Source: Terriglobales bacterium
Lineage (GTDB): Bacteria; Acidobacteriota; Terriglobia; Terriglobales; SCQP01
Length of the DNA stretch: 64,000 nt
Direction of reading: 5' to 3'
Assembly (NCBI GenBank): GCA_050747905.1
Contig: JBOGKQ010000001.1
Location: forward strand, 122,661 to 186,660
Every line of letters begins with the position of its first letter. Position 1 is the stretch's first letter. Made by a program: the position numbers and the translations under genes. The notes below the pieces were generated by a model, which saw only the letters and a program-made list of their open reading frames with translations, was not told where the DNA came from and did no database searches. This document shows positions 8,924-19,049 of this stretch, in pieces.

Positions 8924-10051
8924 ATGAGCTGGAATGATCGCCGCCGCCGCCGCATGGGCTTCTGGCGCAACCTGTCGCCGGGCGCGTTTGCGATGTTCCT
9001 GGCGGCGGCGTTCTGCCTGTTTGCCAGCTTTGGCTTTATTGGCAACATTGGCGCGACCGTGCCCTGGACCGGCGCCTTGGAAGCGGCGATGTACTCCGGC
9101 ATCATCGGCACTGGCTTTGCCTGGCTGGGTACCCGCGAGAACTATCCGTGGATGATCGTCTGGGCGCTGGCCGTATTCGTCGGATGGCCGTCGCTGCACG
9201 ACTGGCTCTGGCCACCCCGCTCCGGCAATTTCTACACCCTGCCGGCTGGCTTCGCTTCGGTGTCCGCGATTGTGGTGGTGGTCCTCGGCTACGTATTGTT
9301 TCTGCTGTTCGTCGGCACCGAAGGGCGTAGGCATGTGCGCCTGGAAACCGAGGTCAACCTCGCGGGCGAGATCCACCGCGCTCTGGCGCCCGCCGTTGAC
9401 CGTCAGCTCGGGCGCTATCAGTTTTGCGGCACCTCGCGCGCCAGCGGCCAGGTGGGCGGCGACCTGCTCGATGTCATTGAGTCAGATAGCGGCTGGCTCG
9501 CCTATATCGCCGATGTCGCCGGCCACGGCGTGTCCGCCGGTGTGCTCATGGGCGTGGTGAAAAGCGCGGTCCGGACCTGGCTGGCGGCCCGCGGCGGCGA
9601 ATGTGCTGACCTGGTGCCCGGGCTTAACGCCGTGCTCGCCAGCCTGTTGCCGCCGGAAAGCTACGTCACCGCCGCCATCCTGATGCCCAGCGATGGCGGA
9701 CTGCGCTATGCCGCTGCCGGCCACCCGCCGCTGCTGCACTGGCATGCCGCCACCGGCGAGGTAACCCCCATCCAGGTGGAAAATTTCCCGCTGGGCATGT
9801 TCGCCCATGCCAGCTTCGCGTCGGTTCCGCTCGTCTGTGCCCCCGGCGACGTGCTGGCCCTGTTCACCGATGGCTTGGTCGAGATTTTCGACCATGGCCA
9901 GCGCGAGTTCGGACTGGACGGCCTGGCCGCCGTCTTGCGGCAGGCGTCGCAGCGGCCGCTGCCGGAGCTGGTCCAAACCATGACGGCTGCGGCTCGCTCT
10001 TTTGGCCCGCAGACGGACGATCAGACGCTGTTGCTCGTCCGTGCGCATTGA
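8924..10051 (+). CDS. Membrane-anchored PP2C-type (SpoIIE family) protein phosphatase
   Basis: About 130 aa of hydrophobic helices are followed by a PPM/SpoIIE core (GQVGGDLLDVIE...YIADVAGHGVSAGVLMG...AAGHPPLL...FTDGLVE...TDDQTLLLV). Confidence 0.8.
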   Translation: MSWNDRRRRRMGFWRNLSPGAFAMFLAAAFCLFASFGFIGNIGATVPWTGALEAAMYSGIIGTGFAWLGTRENYPWMIVWALAVFVGWPSLHDWLWPPRSGNFYTLPAGFASVSAIVVVVLGYVLFLLFVGTEGRRHVRLETEVNLAGEIHRALAPAVDRQLGRYQFCGTSRASGQVGGDLLDVIESDSGWLAYIADVAGHGVSAGVLMGVVKSAVRTWLAARGGECADLVPGLNAVLASLLPPESYVTAAILMPSDGGLRYAAAGHPPLLHWHAATGEVTPIQVENFPLGMFAHASFASVPLVCAPGDVLALFTDGLVEIFDHGQREFGLDGLAAVLRQASQRPLPELVQTMTAAARSFGPQTDDQTLLLVRAH

Positions 10052-10065
10052 GCCCGCGCGGCGGC

Positions 10066-10120
10066 TAGAGAGCCAAACCAGCCCCGCTGATGCACGGCGG
10101 AACGCTTTGCTCTAGAATAA
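10066..10120 (+). repeat. Copy B of the ~50-nt intergenic repeat
   Basis: 10069-10103 matches 4414-4448 at 32/35 positions. The copy is flanked by CTAGAG...CTCTAG arms that can pair. It lies 15 nt after the phosphatase stop, in the 111-nt leader of ccmF. Confidence 0.6.
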
Positions 10121-10162
10121 AGGTTCCGGACCTGAGTAGTCGCTCCGGCCGCAGCACCACCC

Positions 10163-12167
<2,005 letters not shown>

Positions 12168-12178
<11 letters not shown>

Positions 12179-12647
12179 GTCGGTCGCCTTCATCCTGCTG
12201 GCGCTGTTGCTCACCGGCAGCGCCGCCCTGCATGGCGATGCCCCCTTCAGCCCGCGCGCGCTACGCATCGGCAAGCAGTTGATCTGCACCTGCGGCTGCC
12301 AACAAGGCGCGCTGACCTGCTCCACGCTGAACTGCACCGTTAAAGTGCAGATGCAGGCCGAAATCCGCCAGCGAGCGCGGTTGGCGGAGCCTGAATCACT
12401 GGTGTTGCAGTCGTTCGTACAGGAATATGGCACGGAAGTGCTGGCCAACCCCACCCATGTAGGCTTCAACCAGACCGCCTGGGTCCTGCCCTGGGTGGTT
12501 CTCGGGCTGGGCTTGCTGCTGGTTCTGTATGTTGTTAAGCGTTTCCGCGGTCGGCAGCAGCCTGAACCGGCCCCTGCAGCCGCGCCGGGTGCTGACGAAG
12601 TCCGGATTCGCAGCGAGATCTCCGCGGAGCTGGAGCGCGAGCTGTAA
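12168..12647 (+). CDS. ccmH: CcmH/NrfF-family cytochrome c biogenesis protein (variant cysteine cluster)
   Basis: A TTG start overlaps the ccmF stop by 11 nt. Signal peptide, then LICTCGCQQGALTCSTLNC followed by ...MQAEIRQR...LVLQSFVQEYGTEVLANP, which resembles the CcmH fold region, then a C-terminal TM helix. The canonical LRCxxC is replaced (see findings). Confidence 0.75.
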
Positions 12648-12657
12648 GGGTCATGCC

Positions 12658-12924
12658 GTGCCGCTGATCGCCGCCGCCTGCTTCATCCTGACCTGTGCCG
12701 TGGGCTATTGGGTATTCACCGCCCAGCCCGAGCCCGACCCCGGCGGCCGCCGCGAGGCCCTGCGCCAGGCGCTCGAGGAGCGCAGAAAGGCGGCCTATGA
12801 AAACCTCAAGGACCTGCACTTTGAGCATCTGGCGGGCAAACTCTCCGACACCGATTTTGAGCGCACCCGCGCCATGCTGGAACGCGAAGCCGCTGGCGTG
12901 GTGGCGGCCCTGCGCGCCCAATGA
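12658..12924 (+). CDS. Small single-pass membrane protein, possible CcmI N-terminal-like component
   Basis: GTG at 12658, in the frame of track ORF 12529..12924 and 11 nt after the ccmH stop. N-terminal TM (VPLIAAACFILTCAVGYWVF) plus a charged helical tail containing LKDLHFEHLAGKLSDTDFERTRAMLE. The stop overlaps the next start (ATGA). The function is inferred. Confidence 0.45.
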   Translation: MPLIAAACFILTCAVGYWVFTAQPEPDPGGRREALRQALEERRKAAYENLKDLHFEHLAGKLSDTDFERTRAMLEREAAGVVAALRAQ

Positions 12925-14201
12925 ATTTTCGTATGCCTAGAATTTTCCTGCTTTGGACCGCCTTGGCGGTGTGCGTCGCCGCGCAGGCCGGCCAGAACGT
13001 GGCCGGTTCAGTGCTCGACCTCACCACCGGCACGCCCCTCGCCAATGCCTCGGTCACGCTGATCCAGTTGCAGGACAACATGAACCAGGTGGGCCAGTCC
13101 ACCACCGACGCCCAGGGCCATTACCGCTTCAGTGAAAACTCGCCCGGCCCGTTTATGGTGCAGGTCAACTACCAGGGCGTGCCCTATTTTGCCAAGGTCT
13201 CCAAGGGACAGTCCGAAACCAACGTCAGCGTCTATGGCGTCAGCCACGAAAGCAAGCTGCTGCGCGTCGATGCCGAGATCATGGTGCTGCAACCCGATCA
13301 AGGCCAGTTGGCGATTGTCAACGAGTACCGCGTCGAAAACGGATTGCAGCCCATGCGTACCCTCGCCGCCAAGGGCGGCATGTTCCAGTTCCGTGTACCC
13401 CCGGGCGCGCATGTGGATATGGTGCGCGTGGTGGCGCCCAACGAAATGCCGCTGGCCCGCTCCGCGCTGCCCACCGCCAACCACAACGTCTATCGCGTGG
13501 ACTCGCCCCTGCGGCCTGGCGAAACCCGCATCCAGATTTCCTACCGCGTCCCCTACGCCGGCCTCCAGGCCGCCATCACCGAAACCCCGGTATTCGTGCC
13601 GGCCCATTTCGAGGTCTACGTGCCGCAGGCCATGACCTTCACCGGCGCCGGCTTTTCTCAGGTGGGCGAGCAGCAAGGTTACAACGTCTACGGCATTGCC
13701 AGCGGGCCGGTTGCCGCAACCCTGACGTTCAATGTTGCCGGCGACGCCCCCCTCCCGCCTGAGGTAGCCCAGGCCGCGCCCGGCGATGCCACCGCAGGCG
13801 CCAGCGCCGGCGGCAGTGCCAGCGCCAGCCCCGAGGCCGCGACGCCGCCGCCGGCCACTGCCGTGGGTACGGTGCCCACTTCTACTTTGCTGGAACGAAA
13901 TCAATGGACGGTGTTCATCCTTTTGGCACTCGCCGCCGCCGCCGGCTTTGGGGTCTTGCTCGCGCGCTCGGAACGTGCACCGTCCGCCGCCGCGCCGGCG
14001 CTGAGCTTGGCCCCCGCCGCGCTCCCGCCAGCGGCGACTGTCCCGGCCCTGCCCGCCGCGCCGGGGGACGACCTGGCGAGTCTGAAAGACGACTTCTTCT
14101 TGCTCGAAGTTCGCCGCCACACCGGCAGCATTTCCGAACTGGAATACGCCCAGGCCCGCGCTGCGCTGTCGGCGCGCATGGATCGCCTTGCCCGCAGGTA
14201 G
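12921..14201 (+). CDS. Bitopic protein with periplasmic carboxypeptidase-regulatory-like beta-sandwich domain, embedded in the ccm cluster
   Basis: Signal peptide (...LAVCVAAQA/GQ), then GSVLDLTTGTPLANASVTLIQ...DAQGHYRF (CarboxypepD_reg-like), a beta-rich region, an Ala/Pro/Ser linker, a TM helix (WTVFILLALAAAAGFGVLLA) and a cytoplasmic tail LKDDFFLLEVRRHTGSISELEYAQARAALS. An alternative start is at 12933. Confidence 0.7.
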   Translation: MNFRMPRIFLLWTALAVCVAAQAGQNVAGSVLDLTTGTPLANASVTLIQLQDNMNQVGQSTTDAQGHYRFSENSPGPFMVQVNYQGVPYFAKVSKGQSETNVSVYGVSHESKLLRVDAEIMVLQPDQGQLAIVNEYRVENGLQPMRTLAAKGGMFQFRVPPGAHVDMVRVVAPNEMPLARSALPTANHNVYRVDSPLRPGETRIQISYRVPYAGLQAAITETPVFVPAHFEVYVPQAMTFTGAGFSQVGEQQGYNVYGIASGPVAATLTFNVAGDAPLPPEVAQAAPGDATAGASAGGSASASPEAATPPPATAVGTVPTSTLLERNQWTVFILLALAAAAGFGVLLARSERAPSAAAPALSLAPAALPPAATVPALPAAPGDDLASLKDDFFLLEVRRHTGSISELEYAQARAALSARMDRLARR

Positions 14202-14225
14202 GCTGCTATACTAGGGGGTGCTCTG

Positions 14226-14684
14226 ATGCGCCCTACGACTTGGAAATTCGGCATCCTGATCACCCTCATTCTGGCCACGCTCGGTTGGCTGGCGTTCACC
14301 GGCGTGCGCGACTCCAAGGCCTATTTCGTTACCGTAACTGAACTCGATGCCATGCCGCGCACCCAGGCCTACGCGACCAACCTGCGCGTCTCGGGCGACG
14401 TTGTCCCCGGCAGTATCCGCAAGGACGTAATGCAGGCGGGCGTGCTGGAAACTACATTTAGAATCACCCAGGGCGGACACGTGTTGCCGGTCGCCTATGT
14501 GGGCACCGATCCACTGCCCGACACCTTCGTGAACAACGCCCAGGCGGTCGCTGCCGGGCACCTGCTGCCCGATGGCACCTTTCGCGCCTCGGGAGTGCAG
14601 GCCAAGTGCGCCTCCAAGTACGAGCCCCGGGGCGTGCGCGCCAGCGGCATGGCCCCGCGCACCTCTGCCGGCACCATGAACTAG
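14226..14684 (+). CDS. ccmE: Heme chaperone CcmE, cysteine (CxxxY) variant
   Basis: 152 aa: an N-terminal TM anchor, an OB-fold-like body (LRVSGDVVPGSI...FRITQGG...VAYVG.LPDTF) and a C-terminal AKCASKYEP where canonical CcmE has AKHDENY. Confidence 0.85.
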   Translation: MRPTTWKFGILITLILATLGWLAFTGVRDSKAYFVTVTELDAMPRTQAYATNLRVSGDVVPGSIRKDVMQAGVLETTFRITQGGHVLPVAYVGTDPLPDTFVNNAQAVAAGHLLPDGTFRASGVQAKCASKYEPRGVRASGMAPRTSAGTMN

Positions 14685-14736
14685 GGGCAGAGCCACGCAA
14701 TTTCACCGGACCGACCCCCTCTCGGAAAGGGGCGAC

Positions 14737-16299
14737 ATGCAAGCACCGCGAGGATTGGCCCGCGCTCAATCCGCTGAGCTTGACGACCAGGCCCAACCGG
14801 CCTGGTGCCCGCCTCTTGGATCCCCTCGCCCCGCTCCCGCCCTGCCGTTTCTCAGTTGTCAGCACGTCAGCCGTTTTTTTGGCGACACCGTGGTCTTGCG
14901 CCGCCTCAACTTTGCCTGCGAGCGCGGCTACCTGCTCACGCTTTGGGGCGCCAACGGCGCTGGTAAAAGCACACTCTTGCGCATTCTCGCCGGAGCTCTG
15001 CGCCCTTCGAGCGGCACCGTCATCCTGGATGGCGCCGCGGCTGGCAGGGCCCCCGCCCGCCGCCAGACCGGCTTTTTATCCCACCAGAGTCTGCTCCACC
15101 CCAACCTAACGGTTGCGGAAAACCTGCGCTTCTACGCCACCCTGTTCGGCCTGCCCGACGGCGCTGCCGCCACCGCGCAGGCCTTGCGCCAGGTGCGTGG
15201 CGGCCACCTGGCGCCGCGCCGCGTCAGCGAGCTCTCACAGGGCATGCGCCAGAAGGCGGCGCTGGCCCGCTGCCTGCTTCACCAGCCGGCGCTGCTGCTC
15301 CTGGATGAACCCTTCGCCAGCCTGGATCAGCCTACCGTGGCGGAAATGCGCGCCTGTCTGGCCGAGCTGCGCGATTCGGGCATGCTGCTTGTGCTCACTA
15401 GCCACAACCCCGAACAAGTTGCCGGCCTTGCCGACGGCGAGTTGACGCTCATCCGCGGCCAGTTGAGCACGCCGGCGGCCGGCCGGCCCGAGCGCGCCAG
15501 CGCGCCAGCCGGCACCGCCGACCTGCGCTTGCCTGAGTCCCTCAGCACGCCACAACCTCCCAACGCCACCTGCGCCCCTCGGCCTCCGCTGCCCGCCAGC
15601 GCCGTCCGGCCTCCCTCCGGCAAATGGTGGCCGTGCCAAGTCGCCGCCGCCGTCGCCGCTCGCGACCTGCGCATCGAGCTGCGCACGCGCGAGGCGCTGC
15701 TGGCGATGGGCTTTTACGCCTTGTTGGTGATCGTCATCTTCAGCTTTGCCTTCAATGCCGATGCTGCGCTCACCCTGCGCGCGGGTGGTGGACTGCTCTG
15801 GATCGCCTTCCTGTTCGCTTCTCTCGTCGCCCTCGACCGCGCCTTTCTCCGCGAGACGGGCGAGGCCAGCCTGACCGGACTGCAGATCAGCCCCGCCTCT
15901 CGCTCCGCCATCATGGCGGGCAAATTCCTTTCCAGCCTTGCCGTCATCCTGGTGCTGGAAATCATCCTGGTGCCGCTGTTCGCAATCCTGTTCAACGCCC
16001 CCGCGCATGCCCACTGGGGTGGCATTGCCCTCACCACCGTGCTCGGCACCTGGGCGCTGGCCGCCAACGGAACTTATTTTTCCGCCATGAGCGTCCACAC
16101 CCGTCAGCGCGGCCTGCTGCTGCCGCTGCTGCTGTTGCCGGTGTCCATTCCCGCCCTTTTAGCCATGGTGGAAGCGACCGGCGTTTTTCTGTCGGGCGTG
16201 GGAGTGGCAAACTATTGGTTGAAGCTGCTCGTCGGCTATGACGTGATATTTTCCTGTCTCGGGCTGCTCCTCGCTGATATGGTGTTGGATATTGATTAA
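14737..16299 (+). CDS. Fused CcmA (ABC ATPase) - CcmB (heme exporter permease) protein
   Basis: Single 520-aa frame with no stop. Walker A GANGAGKST, signature LSQGMRQK, Walker B LLLLDEP and H-loop TSH. A ~58-aa Pro/Ala/Ser linker follows (about 15463-15636), then a six-helix CcmB-like domain (ARDLRIELRTREALLAMGFYALLVIV...). The SD-like AGGGG lies 4 nt before the ATG. Confidence 0.8.
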   Translation: MQAPRGLARAQSAELDDQAQPAWCPPLGSPRPAPALPFLSCQHVSRFFGDTVVLRRLNFACERGYLLTLWGANGAGKSTLLRILAGALRPSSGTVILDGAAAGRAPARRQTGFLSHQSLLHPNLTVAENLRFYATLFGLPDGAAATAQALRQVRGGHLAPRRVSELSQGMRQKAALARCLLHQPALLLLDEPFASLDQPTVAEMRACLAELRDSGMLLVLTSHNPEQVAGLADGELTLIRGQLSTPAAGRPERASAPAGTADLRLPESLSTPQPPNATCAPRPPLPASAVRPPSGKWWPCQVAAAVAARDLRIELRTREALLAMGFYALLVIVIFSFAFNADAALTLRAGGGLLWIAFLFASLVALDRAFLRETGEASLTGLQISPASRSAIMAGKFLSSLAVILVLEIILVPLFAILFNAPAHAHWGGIALTTVLGTWALAANGTYFSAMSVHTRQRGLLLPLLLLPVSIPALLAMVEATGVFLSGVGVANYWLKLLVGYDVIFSCLGLLLADMVLDID

Positions 16300-17029
16300 C
16301 CACTCGAGTCTGCTTGCCCGCTCCACTTGGGCGTTTGCCGCCACCCTCGCGCTGCTGTTGTTGGCGCTCTGGTGGGCGCTGATCGCCTCGCCCAGCATCT
16401 ATGTCGCCACCTCCAGCTCGCCCGCGCAAGCCAGCATGGCGATCACCTACCGGATTTTTTACTACCATGCACCGGCGGGCATGACTGCCTTTGTCGTCTT
16501 GATCGGGAACGCACTGGCCAGCATCGCCTATCTGGTCCGGCGTTCGCGCCGGGCCGATGCCCTGGCGTTGGCGTGCGCCGAGGTCGGGCTGGCGTTCCTC
16601 ACCATCAACCTGATTACCGGTCCCATCTGGGCCCATCCGGCCTGGGGCGTGTGGTGGGTTTGGGACCCCCGGCTGACCCTGACCTTGGCCTTGTGGGTTA
16701 TGTTTGCCAGCTACCTGATCTTGCGGCAACTCACCCCACCCGGAGCCCTGCAACCCCGGCTGGCGGCGGTCCTGTCGGTGTTTTTTGCCGCGGACGTGCC
16801 CATTGATTACATGGCCATCCGGTGGTGGCGCAATCAGCACCCCTCGCCGGTGGTGTTCGGCGGACCCAACTCGGGGATGGCGCCGCGCATGTGGGTGGCG
16901 TTTGGGCTTTCGTTTTCCGCGTTTCTGGCGCTGGCGGTTTGCTTGGTGTGGCTGCGCTATCGCCAGGAACTCACGCGTGCGCGCCTGGTGACGCTGCGGC
17001 AGCAGCGCTTGCTGGCGCAGGAGGTGTAG
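16292..17029 (+). CDS. ccmC: Heme exporter protein CcmC
   Basis: 245-aa polytopic protein with the WWD motif WGVWWVWDPRLT and a conserved His context (YYHAPAG). The TTG start overlaps the ccmAB stop; the start is uncertain. Confidence 0.85.
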   Translation: MINHSSLLARSTWAFAATLALLLLALWWALIASPSIYVATSSSPAQASMAITYRIFYYHAPAGMTAFVVLIGNALASIAYLVRRSRRADALALACAEVGLAFLTINLITGPIWAHPAWGVWWVWDPRLTLTLALWVMFASYLILRQLTPPGALQPRLAAVLSVFFAADVPIDYMAIRWWRNQHPSPVVFGGPNSGMAPRMWVAFGLSFSAFLALAVCLVWLRYRQELTRARLVTLRQQRLLAQEV

Positions 17030-17031
17030 CG

Positions 17032-17196
17032 ATGGGTTCCCTGGTGGCTGCCTATTCGGTGGCTTGGATCGTGCTGATGGTTTACGTGCTCACGCTGGCA
17101 GCGCGACAGCGCAAGCTCCGACGCTTGCTGCAGGCGCTCGAAACCGAGCGCACCCCTAGCGCCAACGATGATGCCACGGGTGCGCATGGACGATAA
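17032..17196 (+). CDS. ccmD: Heme exporter protein CcmD (small single-TM protein)
   Basis: 54-aa ORF starting 2 nt after the ccmC stop. TM helix AYSVAWIVLMVYVLTLAA followed by the basic RQRKLRR. The position after ccmC and the architecture match CcmD. Confidence 0.6.
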   Translation: MGSLVAAYSVAWIVLMVYVLTLAARQRKLRRLLQALETERTPSANDDATGAHGR

Positions 17197-18121
17197 ACAG
17201 CTCCTGGACACCGCCGCCGCCATCGCCCGCGAAGCCGGAGCCATCCTCATGGGTCACTTGGGACGGGTGCGGATTGAGTCCAAGGGCGAGGCCGACCTGG
17301 TCACCGCCGCCGACCGCGCCAGCGAAGCCCACATTACCGCGCGCCTGCGCCACCAGTTCCCCCGCCATGCCATGATCGCCGAGGAAGGCACCCGCACCGA
17401 AGCCACTGGCGACAGCCCGCGCTGGTACGTGGACCCTCTCGATGGCACCACCAATTTCGCCCATGGCTTGCCCTTGTTTGCAGTCTCGCTGGGGCTGGAA
17501 CGCGGTGGCGTCATGGTCGCCGGCGTTGTCTACAACCCCCCGCTCGATGAAATGTTCACCGCCCTGCGCGGGCAGGGCGCCTGGCGCAACGGCGCTTCCA
17601 TCCACGTCGCCAGCACGACCCGCCTTTCCGGCGCCCTTCTGGCCACCGGTTTCCCCTCGCGCAAGCGCCAGCACAATCCCAACATCCACTTCTACCAGCA
17701 TTTCAGCCTCGTCAGCCACGGCATGCGCCGCTTGGGCGCGGCCGCGCTGGATTTGTGCTACACCGCCTGCGGCCGCTTCGGCGGCTTTTGGGAGTTCAAC
17801 CTCCAGCCTTGGGATGTCGCCGCCGGTTCGCTGATTGTGACCGAGGCGGGCGGGCAAGTCAGCGATATGCGCGGCCACCCGCATCATCTCCACAGCCCCA
17901 CGATTCTGGCCAGCAATGGTCACTTGCACGCGCCCCTGCTCGCCGCCTTTGACGATTTGTTTGCCGGGCGCGTCCCGCCGCTGCCCCGCCCTGCGCTCTC
18001 CCCCCGGCAACCCCCAGGCGCCCCCCCGAGCGCCCGGCCACGGCCCCTCCCGCGCGCGGGCCCATCCGGAAAGAAGTTGTCCCACCCCTTGACGGGACGT
18101 GGGTCCGGCAAGCGGCGATGA
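17186..18121 (+). CDS. Inositol monophosphatase family protein (SuhB-like) with Pro-rich C-terminal tail
   Basis: Motifs EEG, WYVDPLDGTTNF and WDVAAG. ATG at 17186 (MDDKQLL); 17168 is also possible. The start overlaps the ccmD 3' end. A ~50-aa Pro/Arg-rich extension precedes the stop. Confidence 0.8.
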   Translation: MDDKQLLDTAAAIAREAGAILMGHLGRVRIESKGEADLVTAADRASEAHITARLRHQFPRHAMIAEEGTRTEATGDSPRWYVDPLDGTTNFAHGLPLFAVSLGLERGGVMVAGVVYNPPLDEMFTALRGQGAWRNGASIHVASTTRLSGALLATGFPSRKRQHNPNIHFYQHFSLVSHGMRRLGAAALDLCYTACGRFGGFWEFNLQPWDVAAGSLIVTEAGGQVSDMRGHPHHLHSPTILASNGHLHAPLLAAFDDLFAGRVPPLPRPALSPRQPPGAPPSARPRPLPRAGPSGKKLSHPLTGRGSGKRR

Positions 18122-18954
18122 AAGCCGCTAAGAAATCGCCCCCCGCCAGCCCCCGCCTGCGGGCCCGCGCGCTGCGCCAGAACTCCTGGCGCAAGGTCCA
18201 GACCCTGCTCTACGAACGGCGTCCGCGCGCCCGCGATCCCCAAATCACCCACCTGGAAGTCCCGCTGCCACGCCTGCCCCGCGCCCTGGATGGCTTGCGC
18301 ATCGCCCACCTCTCGGACATCCACTATGGCCTGTTTCTTTCCCCAGAGGCCCTGTTGCGCGTGCTCGAGCTGACCCAGGCCCAGCGGCCCGATCTGGTCG
18401 CCATCACCGGCGACTTTGTCACCCAGTCGCCGGTGTTCATGGAGCCGGTCGCGGAAATGCTGGGGCGGCTGCGGGCCCCCCTGGGCGTGTTTGCCGTGCT
18501 CGGCAACCATGACTTCCGCGCCGGCGCCGACCCGTTGACCCGAGCGCTGCGCCGCAACTGCATCAAGGTCCTGCGCAACCAGCACCGGCTGCTGCATCAC
18601 CACGGCGCCGTCTTCCAGATTGCCGGGGTGGATGATTCCCGCCAGCACCCCGACATGGCCGCCGCCCTCGGCCCTACCCGCAATCGCTTTACCCTGCTGC
18701 TCGCTCACAACCCCATGGAGCTGGCGGCGGCGGCGCGCTGTGGCGTGGATCTTGTGCTGAGTGGCCATACCCATGGCGGCCAGATCAAGTTCGCGTTTGC
18801 CGAGCCGCTGTATCAGCGGTTCCTGCCCGCCGGGTTTTTAAGTCTCGATGCAACTCGGATGTATGTCAGCCGCGGCTTGGGGAAGGTCATTGTGCCCATG
18901 CGGGTGGGCGCACCGCCCGAACTGGCCTTCCTCACCCTCTATGCCGGAGCCTAG
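18118..18954 (+). CDS. Metallophosphoesterase (calcineurin-like, YaeI-type)
   Basis: Motifs LSDIHYG, ITGDFV, LGNHDF and GHTHGGQ. ATGA overlap with the upstream gene. Confidence 0.8.
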   Translation: MKAAKKSPPASPRLRARALRQNSWRKVQTLLYERRPRARDPQITHLEVPLPRLPRALDGLRIAHLSDIHYGLFLSPEALLRVLELTQAQRPDLVAITGDFVTQSPVFMEPVAEMLGRLRAPLGVFAVLGNHDFRAGADPLTRALRRNCIKVLRNQHRLLHHHGAVFQIAGVDDSRQHPDMAAALGPTRNRFTLLLAHNPMELAAAARCGVDLVLSGHTHGGQIKFAFAEPLYQRFLPAGFLSLDATRMYVSRGLGKVIVPMRVGAPPELAFLTLYAGA

Positions 18955-19049
18955 GTCATCAACTCCACCCCCTGTGTGAGGGAATTTACATCCCGCTGTC
19001 ACTAGGTCTAATCTAACCAGAGCAGCCCCCGGGGTTGGTGGCACAAGCC

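Noticed and set aside
6833-9376. 847-aa minus-strand ORF, with similar long antisense ORFs at 1058-1924, 2186-3364, 28149-29480, 49717-51381, 51898-53343, 53571-54749, 56102-57601 and 58659-59558
   Set aside because: Each lies antisense to a gene with clear family motifs. Their translations are Arg/Gly/His/Ala/Pro-rich low-complexity strings without motifs. Such stop-free shadow frames are expected in high-GC DNA.
19001-19020. Shared TAG(G)TCTAA..CCAG / TCTAACCAG string upstream of the response regulator (19011-19020) and of trxB (46365-46376), as a possible promoter or operator motif
   Set aside because: Only a 9-mer is shared, at different distances from the start codons, with no matching -35 or palindromic partner. 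This could easily be chance; a genome-wide motif count is needed before calling it.
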